Positions 1-13,020 of a stretch of DNA of 33,465 bases are shown in pieces. Location of the stretch: positions 4,615 to 38,079 of the forward strand of contig NW_025214643.1 in the NCBI RefSeq assembly GCF_004010195.1, in the 5' to 3' direction. The position numbers and the translations under genes were made by a program. How positions within the stretch are numbered: position 1 is the stretch's first letter; each line of letters begins with the position of its first letter. Source of the DNA: Chiloscyllium plagiosum (lineage: Eukaryota). The notes under the pieces were generated by a model, which was given only the letters and a program-made list of their open reading frames with translations, did no database searches and had not been told where the DNA came from.

Positions 1-990
1 AACTTATGCGTTTTACCTTGTCAAAACATTCGGAAAGTCTAAATATATTGCAATCACTATTTCCTCCTTATTCTCAAAGAATTCTAATATTATATCAAGC
101 AAGATTCCCCTTTCCTAAACCCATTCTCAGTCCTCTTGCGTATGTTGTGCACTTTTAAATATTCAGATGTTACATCCTTTACCATCGACTTCACAATTGT
201 TCCAATAAATGATGTTAAACTAAATGGCCTCAGTCAGACATTTTTGTCTCTTTACCTTTTGTGAGTATAGGTGTTGCCTTATCACTTTCCCAACCTTCTG
301 AGAATTCTATGAAATCCAGTCATCATTGGAAAGTTACTACTAGAGCATCGAACATTAGTTCCAGTCGATATTGCAGTAATTATTCTTGTTAATTTCACTG
401 GCATTTTCTTTACAGTGAAAGTGATTGCATTGTGTTCTTCGCCTTTTCTTTTGCCAATCATTGTTTATCAATTCTGGAATGTAATTCTTCTCCTATTTTT
501 AATGCAGACGCAGACAGTTTATTCACGCGGTCAGTCATTTCGTGGTACATGATCACTAATTCTCAGCTCCATTCAATATGGGCTAATGTTCACTTTGACT
601 TTTTTCTTCCTTTCTTTCTATTGAAGGAAGCTGTTGTTGTTCCCTATGATATCGCCTGCAGTTTTACTTTCAATGTTTGCCTTCACCCTTCTTATTAATT
701 TTTGATTTTTTGATTTTAAACTTTATGAACTTTCTGCTTACCAAAGTATTTTCTCATTATATGCATTCCTATACTTCAATTTGTTGCTATCTTTAACGTT
801 TCTACTTAACCGTAATTGAATTGTCCCCCTCCCATCATCGATCCTTCTCACTTGAATTGTTTCTTTACTGTGATCCAAGGACTATTTTTCTTTAATGATT
901 GCCATTGTTCTTCACAGTCCTTTGCTGACTCAAGCTCTTTCCCAGTCCAATCCAGCCAACCCTGCCCTCATTCCTTCACATTTGCTCTTG
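1..990 (-). mobile_element. Old, heavily decayed CR1-clade LINE ORF2 fragment (linker and N-terminal reverse transcriptase region); runs off the window start
   Basis: Minus-strand hand translation gives CR1 ORF2 motifs in the correct order, with frameshifts and stops: EGMRAGLAGLDWE (~939-977), DALVVTFQ (~327-349), RPFSLTSFIGTIVKSMVKDV (~171-230; cf. YRPVSLTSVVGK), GFRKGESCL (~96-122), ILEFFE (~73-90), IYLDF...FDKV (~14-48). The younger LINE at 31.4 kb has the same motif series. Confidence 0.85.
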
Positions 991-1301
991 CTGGCAAGGT
1001 GGCACAGTGGTTTTCACTGCTACCTCACAGCACCAGGGACACGAGTTTGATTCTAGCCTCAACTGATTCCTTGAGTGGAGTCTGCGCATTCGCCCCGTGT
1101 TACCGTGAGTTTCCTCCCACAATCCGAAGATGTATAAGTCAAGTGAAGTGGCTGAGCTGAATTGCCCATCGTGATCAGGGATGTGTAGAGTAGGTACACC
1201 AATCAGTGGTTAAATGGAGGTGAATGGGTCTAGGTGGGCTACTCTTTGGATGTTCGGTGTTGACTAAATGGGCCAAAGGGCAAGTTTCCACGCTGTAGGG
1301 A
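991..1301 (+). mobile_element. Degenerate tRNA-derived SINE (HE1/V-SINE-like) inserted in the old LINE
   Basis: tRNA-like head GGTGGCACAGTGG (A box), decayed B box, V-domain-like GTGGAGTCTGCGCATTCGCCCCGTGT...TTTCCTCCCACAATCCGAAGATGT, and LINE-related tail TCGGTGTTGAC...GGGCCAAAGGG...GTTTCCACGCTGTAGGG. Colinear with the reverse complement of the SINE at 27323-27630. Confidence 0.9.
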
Positions 1302-1488
1302 AAATATTCTGTTCAATTATAAGCCGAGCATATCTGCTTCTGATGCAAATTTCCCTCTCAAACTGAATGCTATAATCTTGATGTTAAAAGGCAATCTTTC
1401 AGTCTGCTCATTGCACATTACCAGATTCACTACATCAATATTCTAGGTTGGATCCACAACATATTGTTCGAGGAAACTAGTTGAATGC
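1302..1488 (-). mobile_element. Continuation of the old CR1-clade LINE: C-terminal part of the AP-endonuclease domain
   Basis: Minus-strand translation SFLEQYVVDPT* (~1443-1478) and VVNLVMCNE (~1407-1433) matches the CR1 endonuclease motif FLEQYVxEPTR...ILDLVLxNE. Same strand and correct order relative to 1-990. Confidence 0.8.
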
Positions 1489-1489
1489 T

Positions 1490-1985
1490 GAGTGATGTGC
1501 AGTAGTGGGGCAGATGTTCAGTATCACATTGACAGTATGAGCATGAGGGGTTCAGGAGATGGAGTGTGTGTCGTGATGGAATGAGAGTCAGGGGTCCAGA
1601 TGACAGTGAGAGAGTGTGTGTGAGGGATTCGGGGTGATTGCGACATAGTAAGTGTAAGAGGGTCAGGTTGACAGTTACAGAGTGAGTGTATGTGGATCAC
1701 ATTGTTGGAGACAGAATGAGTGTGAGGGGTCAGGTTGACGGTGATGGACGGGTGTGAACGGGTTAGGCTGACGCAATAAATGTGAGCTTTCCAGGCTGAC
1801 GGTGATGGAGTAAGTGTGAGTAGGCCTGTATGACGATGAGGGTATGAGTTTCAGGGGTATAGATGATGGAGTTAGAATGAAGTGTTCGGGTGATGAGAAA
1901 GAGTGAGTGTGACGGGCAAAGGAAGTTGATGTGGGAGTGAGTGCGAGTGGGTCTGCGTGACGGCAACGGAGTGAGTGTGAGGGGT
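1490..1985. repeat. Satellite, left flank, type B monomers (~33-34 bp, degenerate)
   Basis: Units such as GGTCAGGTTGACGGTGATGGACGGGTGTGA, CAGGCTGACGGTGATGGAGTAAGTGTGA and CGGAGTGAGTGTGAGGGG. They share the GGAGTGAGTGTGA signature with 29006-33465. Confidence 0.8.
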
Positions 1986-4900
1986 TCAGGCTGATAATGA
2001 CGCAGTAAGTGTGGGGGGTCAGGCTGATACTAACACAGTACGTGTGGGGGTTCAGTCTGACAGTGACGCAGAATATGTGAGGCTGTCTGGGTGATAATGA
2101 TGCAGTAAGTTTGACGTGTCAGGGTGACAGTCACGCATTACGTGTGAAACGTCAGGGAGATAGTAATGCAGTAAGTATGTGAGGGGCTCAGGGTGATAGT
2201 GACGCAGTAATTGTGAGAGGGTCAGACTGATAATGAAGCAATACGTGTGAGGGGGTCAGGGTGATAGCTACGCAGTAAGTGTGAGACGTGTCAGGGTAAC
2301 AGTGACGCAGTAAGTGTGAAGGGATCAGGCTGAGGGTGATGCAGTACGTGTGAGGGTTTCAGTGTGACAATGTTGCAGTAAGGGTGAGGAAAACTTACCG
2401 ATAGTGACACAGTAAGTGTGAGTGGGTCAGGCTGATAGTGATGCTGTAATTTTCAAGGGTCAGGTTGTTACTGACTCAGTAAATATGAGGGTGTCAGGGT
2501 GATCGTCACACAGTAAGTGTGAGGCGGTCAGGCTGGTCGTGACGCAGTAAGTTTGAGGGGGTTAGGGTGATAGTGACGCTGTAAGTTTGAGGGTGTCAGA
2601 CTGATAGTGACGCAGTAAGTGTGAGAGGGTCAGGCTGATAGTGACGCAGTAAGTGAGAGGGATCAGGTTGATAGTGACGCTGCATGTGTGAGTTGTGTGA
2701 GTGATGGTGTGGCAGTAAATGTGAGGCAGACGAGATAGTCCAGCAAAATACGTGAGGGGTGTGGCTGTGTAGTGACGCAACAAGTGTGAGGTGGTCATGC
2801 TGTTATTGCCATAAGATGGGTGAGGGGGTGAGCCTGAGAGCGACGCAGTAAGTGTGAGAGGTCAATGTGATACTTAGGCAGTAAGCGTGAACGGTCAGGT
2901 TAATAGTGATGCAGTAAGTGTGAGTGGGTCATGCTGATAGTGACACAGTAAGTGTGAGGGGGGTCAGTGTGCTATTGACGCAGTAAGTGTGACTGTTTCA
3001 GGTTGAAAGTGACACACTAAGTTTGAGGCAGTCAGGCTCATAGTAATGCTGTAGTTGTAAGTGGTCAGCATGACAGTGACACAGTATGTGCGTGAGGTGT
3101 GGGTGCTGGTGATGCAATGAGTGTGAGGCGGTCAGGCTGATAGTGCCACAGAATTTGTGAGGGGTGTGGGTGATGACGCAGTAACTGTGTGGAAGTCAGG
3201 CTGTTAGTGCCACAGGACGTCTGACGAGACCAGGCTGGAAGTGACGCACTAAGTGTGAGGGGTTCCAGCTAATAATGACGCAGTAAGTGCTAGTGGTCAG
3301 GATGATATTGACGCAGGAAGTGTGAGGGGGTCAGGCTAATAGTGAGGAGAAAAATGTGATGGGTCAGGATGGTAGTGACGTGGTAGGTTTCAGGGGTTCA
3401 GAATCACAGTGACACAGTGAGTGTGGGGGTATCAGAGTGACAGTGAAACAGTAAGGGTGAGGGTTTCATTCTAATTGTGACGAAGCAGGTGTGAGGGGTC
3501 AGGCTGATAGTGATGCAGTGAGTGTGAGGGTATCAGGGACACATTGACGCAATAAGTGTGAGGGTGTCAGGCTGACAGTGACGCAGCAAGTATGAGTGCT
3601 CAGGGTGAGAGAGACGCACTAATGTGAAGATTGTCAGGCTGACAGTGACAAAGTAAGTGTTAGTGGTCAAGGTGATAGTCACACAGTGACGTAGTTACGT
3701 TTGAGGTTTCAGGGTGATATTGATGCAGTGAATGTAAGGGAGGCAGGTTCAGAGTGACACAGTAAGTGTGAGGTGGTCAGCGTGATTGTGATGTTGTAAG
3801 TCTGTGTGTGTCAGGGCGACTGTGCAGCGTTAAGTGTGAGCGTGGCATGTGGATAGTGACAGAGTAAGCTTGAGGGAGTGAAGGTAATATTGATGCAGTA
3901 AGTGTGACGGGATCAAGGTGATAGCGACGCAGTAAGTGTGAGGCTTTAAGGATTGGTGAGGGGTTAGGGTGATAGTGACGCAGTAAGTGTGGGGTGTCAG
4001 GGTCAAGGTGACGCAGTGAGAGAAATGGTTTCAGGCTGATAGTGATGCAGTAAGTGTAAGGGGTCAGTCTGATAATGATGCAGTAATTGTGAGGGGTCAG
4101 GCTGTTAGTGATGCAGTAAGAGTGAGGCAGCGAGAGTGATTGTGACGTAATAATTATCATGGGGTCACGCTGATAATGACGCAGTAATTGTGAGGGTTCA
4201 GCATGATAGTGGCGCAGTAAGAGTAATGAGGTCAGACTGATAGTGATGAAGTTAGCTTGAGGGGTCAGGCTGATAGTGATGTGGTAAGTATGAAGGGGTC
4301 AGGGTGATAGTGATGCAGAATGTGTGAGGGGGTCAGGGCGGTAATGATGCAGTAAGTGTGAGGGTCAGGGTGATAGTGATGCATCAAGTGTAAGAGTGTC
4401 CAGCTGATAGTGGCACAGGATGTATGTTGGGGGAGCTCGAGCGATCGTGTCACAGTAAGTGTGAGGGGGACAGGCTGACAGTTACCAGGAAGTATGAGGG
4501 GGACAGGCTGACAGTGATAAGGTAGGTGTGAGGGGTGAGGCTGATAGTGACGCAGCAAATGTCAGGGGATCAGCGTGACTAAGTGTGAAAGTGTCAGGAT
4601 GATAGTGATGCATTAAGTGTGAGGTGGTCAGGATGTTAGTGATGCAGTAAGTGTGAGAGTGTCAAGGTGACAGTGCCACAGTAAGCGTAGGGGGAGCAAG
4701 GTAATGGTGAAACAGTAAGCATAAGCTGGCCAGGCTGATAGTGACGTAGTAACTGTGACGGGGTCAGTGTGATAATGATGCAGTAAGTTTGACAAGGGCC
4801 AGTTTGACAGTGACGCATAAATGTGAGAGGTCAGATTAAAAGTGCGTGTGGGAGGATGAGGGGATTACTGACGCAATATGTGTGAGGTGGTCAGGATGAT

Positions 4901-5039
4901 AATGACATAAAAAGTGTGAGAGGTCTGGCTGATAGAGAGGAAGTATATGTTAGGGTAAGAGCTGTAGTGATGCAGTACGTGTGAGGATTAGGGTGATAGT
5001 GACGCAGTAAGTGTAAAGGTGTAAGGATATAGTAACACG

Positions 5040-5530
5040 GGATGTGTGAGGGAGATAGAGTGATAGTGTTGCATTAAGAGTGAGGGGGTCAGGCTAATAG
5101 TGACACAGGAAGTATGAAGGAGTCAGACTTATAGTGATGATATAGGTGTGAGGGGTCAGACTGCTAGTGAACAGTAACTATGAGCGGGTGAGATTGATAG
5201 TGACATAGTAAGTGTGAGGGTGTCAGCTGATAATGATGCACTAAGTGTGATTGAGAAAATATTGATAATGACTCAGTAAGTGCGAGGGGTTAGGGTGATG
5301 CTGACCCAGTAAGTGTAAGGGTGTAAGGCTGATAGTGACATAGGATCTGTGAAGTGGATAGAATGATAGCGCTGCAGTAAGTGTGAGGGGGTCAGGCTGA
5401 CAGTGATGCAGGAAGTATGAGCCGGTCAGACTTACAGTGACGACATAGGTGTGAAGGGTCAGGCTTATAGTGACGCAGAAATTGTGAGTGAGTGAGATTG
5501 ATAGTGATGTTGTAAGTGTGAGGTGTCAGC
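5040..5530. repeat. Higher-order duplication, period ~303 bp (9 monomers)
   Basis: Rare variants GGAAGTATGA..GTCAGACTTA.AGTGA.GA.ATAGGTGTGA and GTGAGATTGATAGTGA recur in the same order from ~5040 and from ~5343. Confidence 0.7.
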
Positions 5531-5789
5531 GTGATCGTGGCAGAGTAAATATGGGGGTCATGGTGATATTGACGCAGTAAGTGGGGGGGTGATGGTTATT
5601 GTGACGCAATAAACCTGAGGAGGTTATGATGATGGTATCGTAGTAAGCTTGAGAGGGTTAAGATGATAGTCATGCAGCGAGTGTGAGTGTATCAGTGTGA
5701 GAGTGATGCAAGAAGTGTGAGTGGACAGGCTGATAATTACGCAGTAAGTGGGAGGGTGTCAGTTTGTAATGATGCATTAAGTGTGACGG

Positions 5790-6660
5790 GGAAAATATTG
5801 ATAGTGACTCAGTAAGTGTGAGGGGTTACGGTGATAGTGACGCAGAAAGTGTGAGGCCGTCCGGCTGTATAGACACGCAGTACACGCGAGACAATCAGGG
5901 TGATAATGACGTAGTAAGTGTGAGGGTATCAGCCTGATGGTGACGCAGGAAGTGTGAGCGTGTGAGTGTGATAGTGATGCAGTAAGTGCGAGGTGGCCAG
6001 ACTGATACTGACACACTAAGTGTGAGCGGGTCTGTGTGAAAGTGACACAGTGAGTATGAGGTGTCAGGGTAATCAAGACACAATAAGTGATGGCGTCAGC
6101 GTGATCGTGTTGCCGTAAGTCTGAGAGGGCAGGGTGATACTGACGCAGCAATTGTGAGAGGACAAGATGACAGTGATACAGTAAGTGAGAGGTGTTCAGA
6201 GTACCAGTGACACAGTAAGTGTGACAGGATGGGTGATAGAGACACAGTAAGTGTGAAGGGTCCGGCTGATAGTGACACAGTCATCGTGTGGGCATCATGC
6301 TGATAGACACGCAGTACACGTGAGGGCATCAGGGGGATAGTGATGCAGTAAATATGAGGGCAAATGTCTGTATAGACTCGCAATACGAGCGAGGCGATCA
6401 GAGTGATAATGACGTAGTAAGTGTGAGGGTGTCAGGCTGATGGTGATGCAGCAAGTGTGAGCGGGTGAGTGTGACACTGACGCAGTAAGTGTGAGGTGGC
6501 CAGGCTGATAGCGACGCAATACGTTTGAGAGGGTCTGTGTGAAAGTGACACAATGAGTGTGAGTGTCAATGTGATAGAGACACAGTAAGTAATGGCGTCA
6601 GCATAATAGTGACGCAGTAAGTCTGAGAGGTCAGGGTGATACTGACGCAGTAAATCAGAG
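5790..6660. repeat. Higher-order duplication, period ~503 bp (15 monomers)
   Basis: Landmarks TGTATAGAC.CGCA.TAC (5868, 6371) and GTCTGTGTGAAAGTGACACA (~6030, ~6533) recur 503 bp apart. Confidence 0.75.
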
Positions 6661-9600
6661 AGATAATGATGCATAAAAGTGAGGGGTCAGGCTGAGAGTG
6701 ACGCAGTAACTATGATAGTGTCTGGGTGATTGTAACGCAGTAACTGTGATGATGTCAGAGTGATCGTGCTGCAGTATGTGTGAGGTTTCATTCTGATAGT
6801 GACGCAATATGTCTGAGGGAGCCTGAGTGATAGTAATGCAGTAAGTATGCTGGTGTCAGAGGTATAGTGTTACCGTAAGAGTGAGGGGTCTGGCGGAAGG
6901 TGTCTCAGTAAGTGGCAGGTGGTCAGAGTGATCGTGAGGTAGTATCTATGAGAGTGTCAGAGGGATAATGACGCAGGCTGATATTAGGTTGACCACGCTG
7001 ACAGTGACGCATTATATATTAAGTTGTCTGGGTTATTGTGACGCAGTAAGCGCGATGGAGTGAGAATAATAGTGACTCAGTAAGTGTGTGGGTTAACTCT
7101 GATGGTGATGCAGTCAGTGTGAATTAGCCAGGCTGATAATGACGCAGTAAGTGTTTGGGTGTCTGAGTGATAATGAAACAGTAAGTATGATGGTGTGAGA
7201 GTTATAGTGACGTATTAGTTGTAAGGCGTCAGGCTGATAGTGATGCATTAAGAGTGAGGGGTTCAGGCTGATAGTGGCGCAAAAAGTATGAGGGTGTCAG
7301 GCGGATAGTGATGCATTAAGAGTGAGGTGATCAGGCTGATAATAAGTGTGTGGAGGTCAGAGTGAGAGTGAGAGTGAGAATGAGGCTGTAAGTGTGAGGG
7401 GACCAGGCTGATAGTGACGCAAATAGTATTGCAGGTCTCTGTTTGGAAGTGACACAGTGATTGCGAGTTGTCAGGGTGATAGAAACGCAGTAAGTGATGG
7501 CGTCAGAGTGATAGTGTTGCATTAAGCGTGAGGGGTCAGGGTGATACTGACGCAGCAAGTGTGAGGGGGCAGGATGATAGTGACGCAGTAAGTGTGAGGT
7601 GGTCAGAGTGACAGTGATGCAGTAACTGTGACGGGTAGGGTGATAGTGACATAGTATGTGTGAGGGATAAGACTGAGAGTGCCGCAGTTAGCGTGTGGTC
7701 ATCAGGCTGATAGACATGCAGTATGCCTGAGGGCATCAGCGTGATCGTGACGCAGTAAGTGCGAGGGGGTCATAATGAAAGTGACGCGGTCAGTGTGAGA
7801 GTGTCAGAGAGATATTGACGCAGTAAGTGTAAAGGGGAGATGGTAATAGTGATGCAGTAAGTCTGAGGGGTAATGGTGATGGTATCGCTGTATGTTTGTG
7901 AGGCTCAAGATGATAGTAATGCAGTAAGTGTGCGTGGTCAGGCTGAGAGTGACTTAGTAAGTGTGAGGGTGTCAGTAGATAATGACGCATTCACTGTGAT
8001 CGGGAAAATGGGGATAGCGATGCAGTAGGTGTGAGAGGTTCGGGTGATATTCACACAGTTAGTGTGAGGGCGTGAGGCTGTATAGACACGCAATACGCGT
8101 GAGGCGATCAGGCTGATAGTGACGCAGTAAGTTTGATGTGGCCAAGCTGATAGTGACACAGTAAGTAGGCGAGGGTCATGCTTTTAACGACACGGTAAGT
8201 GTGCGCAGTCAGCATGATATTGACATAGTAAGTCTGACAGGTTTAGGGTGATAGTGATGCAGTAGGTGTGAGGTGGTCAGAGTGATAGTGAAGCGATGTG
8301 TCTGAGGGTTTCAGGGTGATACTGTTGCAGTAAGTGTGAGGTGGAAGTCTGGTAGTGATGCAGTAAGTGTGAGGGTTCAGGGTGACAGTGGCGCAGTAAG
8401 TGTTAGGGTTTCAGGGTGATAGTAACACAGTGAGTGTGAGTGGTCCAGGGTGATAATTATGCAATAAGTGTGTGGTCAGAGTGATACTGACGAAGTAAGT
8501 GTGAGAGTTTCAGAGAGATAATGACGCATCAAGTGTGAGAGGTCAGGCTGAAAGTGACATGGAAACTGTAAGCATGTGAGGTGGTCAGGCTAATAGTGGC
8601 ACAGTAATTGGCAGGTGGTCAGAGTGATAGTGAGGCAGTAAGTGTGACAGTTTCAGAGAGATATTGACGCACTATGTGTGATTTGAGCAGGCTGATAGTG
8701 ACGCAGTAATTATGAGAGTGGCTGGCTGATTGTGTGATGGTGTCAGAATATTAGCGACGCAGTAAGTGTGAGGGTGCACTCTGAAAGTGATGCAGTAAGT
8801 GTGATTTGGCAAGGCTGATAGTGACGCAGTATATGTGAGTGTGTCTGTGTGATAATGAAACAGTAAGAATGATGGTGTCAGAGTTATAGTGACGCATTAA
8901 GTGAAAGGGGTCAGCCAGATAGTGAAGTATTAAGAGTGAGGGGGTTCGGCCGATCGTGACGCAGTAAGTGTGAGTAGGTCAGAGTGATAGTGAGGCAGTA
9001 AGTGTGAGGGGATCAGGCTGATAGTGGCACAAAAAGTGTGAGGTTATCAGGGTGATGGTGACGCGCTACGTGTGAGTGTGTCAGGGTGATAGTGACGCAG
9101 TAAGCGTGAAGGGGTCTGTGTGAAAGTGACACAGCGAATGTGAATTGTCAGGGTGATAGAGAAGCAGTAAGTGATGGCGTCAGCATGATCGTGATGCAGT
9201 AATTCTGAGAGGTCAGTGTGAATCTGTGCAGGAAGTGTCAGGGGAGAGGGTGATAGTGACGCAGTAAGTGTGAGCGGGTCAGAGTGATCGTGATACAGTA
9301 AGTGTGACGGGTGGGTGATAGTGGCGCAGTATGTGTGAGGGATTAGGCTGATAGTGACGCAGTTAGCATGTGTACATCAGGCTGATAGACATGCAGTATG
9401 CGTGAGGACATCAGGGTGATAGTGACGTAGTAAGTGTAAGTGTGTCAGGCTGATGTTGACGCAGTAATTCTGACGGGTTCAGGCTGATCGTGATGCAGTA
9501 ACAGTGAGAATGATAGTGACGTAGTAAGTGTAAGGCGTCAGCGTGATGGTGACGCAGTGATTCTGCGGGATCCATGGTGAAAGTGACGCAGAAAATGTGA

Positions 9601-12600
9601 GGGTGTCAGAGAGATATTGAGGCAGTAAATGTGAAGGTGTGATGGTAATAGTGAAACAGTAAGTCTGAGGGATAATGGTGATGATATCGCAGTATGTTTG
9701 AGAGACTCAAGGTGATAGTGACACAGTGTGTGTGAAGGTATCAGTGATGTAGTGAGTGTGAGTGGTCAGGGTGATAGTGATGCACCAAGCATGAGGGTGT
9801 TAGTTGATAATGACGCAATCATTGTGGCGGAAAAAATGTTGATATTGACACAGTAAGTGTGAGTGGTTAGGGTGATATTCACGCAGTTACTGTGGGGCGG
9901 TTAGGCTGAATAGAGATGCAGTGCGCGTGACACGATCAGGTTGATTGTGACGTAGTAAGTGTGAGGGTGTCAGGCTGATGGTGACGCAGAAAGTTGAGCG
10001 GGTGAGGTATATAGTGACGCAGTAAGTGTGCCGTGGTGAGGCTGATAGTGACGCAGTAAGTGCGAGGTGGTCAGGCTGATAGTGACGCAGTTAGTGGGGG
10101 TCTGTGTGAAAGTGACACAGTGAGTGTGAGGTGTCAGGGTGATAGAGACGCAGTAAATGATGGCGTTAGCGTGATAGTGACGCAGTAAGTCTGAGAGGTC
10201 AGGATGATACTGATGCAGGAAGTGTGAGGGGACAGGATGATAAGGGCGAAGTAAGTTTGAGGAGGTCAGGGCGAATATGACCTAGTAAGTGTGATGGGTT
10301 CAGTGTAATAGTGGTACAGTGAGTATGACAGAATAAGAGTGATAGTGACGTAATAAGTGCGAACAGTCAGTCTGATCACGAGACAGTAAATAGTGGGAAT
10401 AAGGCTGATAGTGACTCAGTAAGTATGAGGGGTCGTGGTGATAGCGACACATTAAGTGTTCGGGGGTCAGGCTTTTAATCACACGGTAAGTGTGAGGGGT
10501 CAGCGGGACAGTGACATAGTAATTGTGGTGGGGTCAGGATGATAGTAATACAATAAGTGTGAGAGTGTCAGGGTAATAGTGGTGCAGTATGTGTGAGTGA
10601 TCAGTGTGGTCGTGATGCAGTCAGTGTGAGGAGGTGAGGCTGATCATGAGACAGTAAGTAATGGGGATAAGGCGGATAGTAACTCAGTAAGTGTGAGTGG
10701 GCATAGTGATAGTGATGCAATAAGTGTGACTTGGTCACGGTGATAGTGAAGCTCTATGTGTGACGGGTTCAAGGTGATAGTGTGCAGTAAGGGTGGGGCG
10801 TCAAACTGATATGACGCTGTAAGTGTGAGGGATCAGGGATATTGGCGCAGTAAAGGTGAGAGAGTCAAGAGATAATGACGCACTAAGTGTAAGGGGTCAG
10901 GCTGAGAGTGATGCATTAACTATGAGGGTGTCTGTGTGATTGTGATGCATAAAGTGTGATGATTTCAGAGTGATCGTGATGCGGATATTGTGAGTGGTCG
11001 TTCTGATAGTGACGCAGTATGTGTGTGGGTATCTGAGTGATAGTACCGCAGTCAGTGTTTTGGTGTCAGTGTTATAGTGACGCAGTAAGTGTCAGGGTTC
11101 AGGCTGATAGTGGCCCAGTAAGTGGCAGGTGGTCAGAGTGATAGCGAGGCAGTATTTGTGAGAGTGTCAGAGATAATGACGCACTAGGTGTATGTTGACC
11201 AGGCTAATGGTGACGTATTAAGTATAAGTTTGTCTGGGTGATTTTTGACGCTGTAAGCGTAATGGTGTCAGAATAATAGTGACGCAGTAAGTGTGTGGTT
11301 CACTCTGATAGTGATGCGGTAAGTGTGAATTCTTCAGGATGATAGTGATGCAGTATGAGTGTGGGTGTCGGAGTGATAATGAAACAGCAAGTATGATAGT
11401 GTCAGAGTTACAGTGAAGCATTAAGTGTAAGGTGTCAGGCTGATAGTGATGCACTAAGACTGAGTGGGTCAGGCTGATAGTGATGCAGTAAGTGTGAGGA
11501 GGTCAGATTTATAGTGAAGCAGTAAGTGTGAGGGGATCAGATTGATAGTGGCGCAAAAGTGTGAGGGGATCAGATTGATAGTGACGCAGTAATTGTGAGT
11601 GGGTCTGTGTGAAAGTGACAGAGTGAGAGTGAAGTGTCAAGGTGATAGAGACGCAGTAAGTGATGGCGTCAGCGTGATCGTGACGCAGTACGTCTGAGTG
11701 GTCAGGGTGATACTGACGCAGGAAGTGTGAGGACACAATATCATGGTGACACAGTAAGTGTGAGTGGGTCAGAGTTACAGTGATGTAGTAAGGGCGAAAG
11801 GAGTGGGTAATAGTGACGCAGTATGTGTAAGCGATCAGGCTGATAGACACGCAGTACATGTGACGGCATCAGAGTGATAGTAAGCCTGACGGGTTCAGGC
11901 TGATAGTGATGCAGTAATAGTGAGTGGGTGAGAATGATAGTGGCGTAGGAAGTGTGGGTGGTCAGCGTGATCCTGACGCAGTAAGTGTGAGGAGCTCATG
12001 GTTGAAGAGACACAGTAAGTGTGAGGGTGTCAGAGAGATATTGACGCAGTCAATGTGAAGGGGTGATTTTAATTGTGACGCATTAAGTCTGAGGGGTAAT
12101 GGTAATGGTCTCGCAGTATGTTTGAGAGGCTCAAGGTGATAGTGACGCAGTAAGTGTGAGTGGTCAGGCTGAGAGTGACTCAGTAAGTGTGAGGGTGTCA
12201 GTAGATAATGACGCATTTATTGTGATGAGGAAAATAGTGATAGGGACGCAGTATGTATGAGGGGCGAGGGTGTTATTCACACAGTTAATGTGAGTGCGTA
12301 AGGATGTATAGACACGCAGTAAGCGTAAGGCGGTCAGGGTGATAGTGACGTAGTAAGTGTGAGAGTGTCAGGCTGTTGGTCATGCAGAAAGTCTGAGCGG
12401 GTGAGGTTGACAGTGACGCAGTATGTGTAATGGGGTCAGGTTGATTATGACGCAATAAGGTTGAGGTGACTAAGCTGATAGTGACACAGTAGGAGTGCAG
12501 GGGTGAGGCTTTTAATGACACGGTAGGCGTGAGAGGTCAGCGTGATAGTGACATAGTAAGTGTGACAGGGTAAGGGCGATAGTAACGCAGCAAGTCTGAG

Positions 12601-12870
12601 GGGTCATGGTGATAGTGCCGCAGTAAGCTTGAGGTGGCCAGGATGATTGTGAAGCGCTGTGTGTGAGGGTTTCAGGGTGAGAGTAATGTGGTAAGTGTGA
12701 GGGGGTCAGGCGAGTAGTGACTCAATAAGTGTGAGTGGTCAGGGTGATAATGGTGTAGTAAATGTTAAGGTTTCAGGGTGATAGTGATGCAGTTAGCGTG
12801 AGGGGTCAGGGTGATACTGACGTAGTAAGTGTGAGAGTTTCAGAGAGATTTTGATGCATACGTGTGAGCC
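6659..12870. repeat. kb-scale higher-order repeat blocks (6659-~8560 similar to 10868-~12870, offset ~4.2 kb; partial third copy ~8600-10250)
   Basis: Shared rare landmarks: TGGCAGGTGGTCAGAGTGAT (~6913, ~8609, ~11123), TATGTTTG.GAG.CTCAAG.TGATAG (~7891, ~9693, ~12117), GCTTTTAA..ACACGGTA (~8180, ~10471, ~12508). The ORF track shows the same peptide MRHYLLTPSHLLSHSQPDH starting at 7990 and 12216. Confidence 0.8.
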
Positions 12871-13020
12871 ATAAGGCTGGTGGTGACGCAGTAACTATGA
12901 GAGTGCCTGGGTGATTGTGACGCAGTAAGTGTGAGGGTGTCATGTGAGGGGTCAGGGTGATACTGACGTAGTAAGTGTGAGAGTTTCAGAGAGATAATGA
13001 TGCATAAGTGTGAGGGTTAG

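Noticed and set aside
432..1160. Plus-strand ORFs 432-698 and 816-1160
   Set aside because: They are antisense to the decayed LINE and run into the SINE, have non-ATG starts, and show no recognisable domain.
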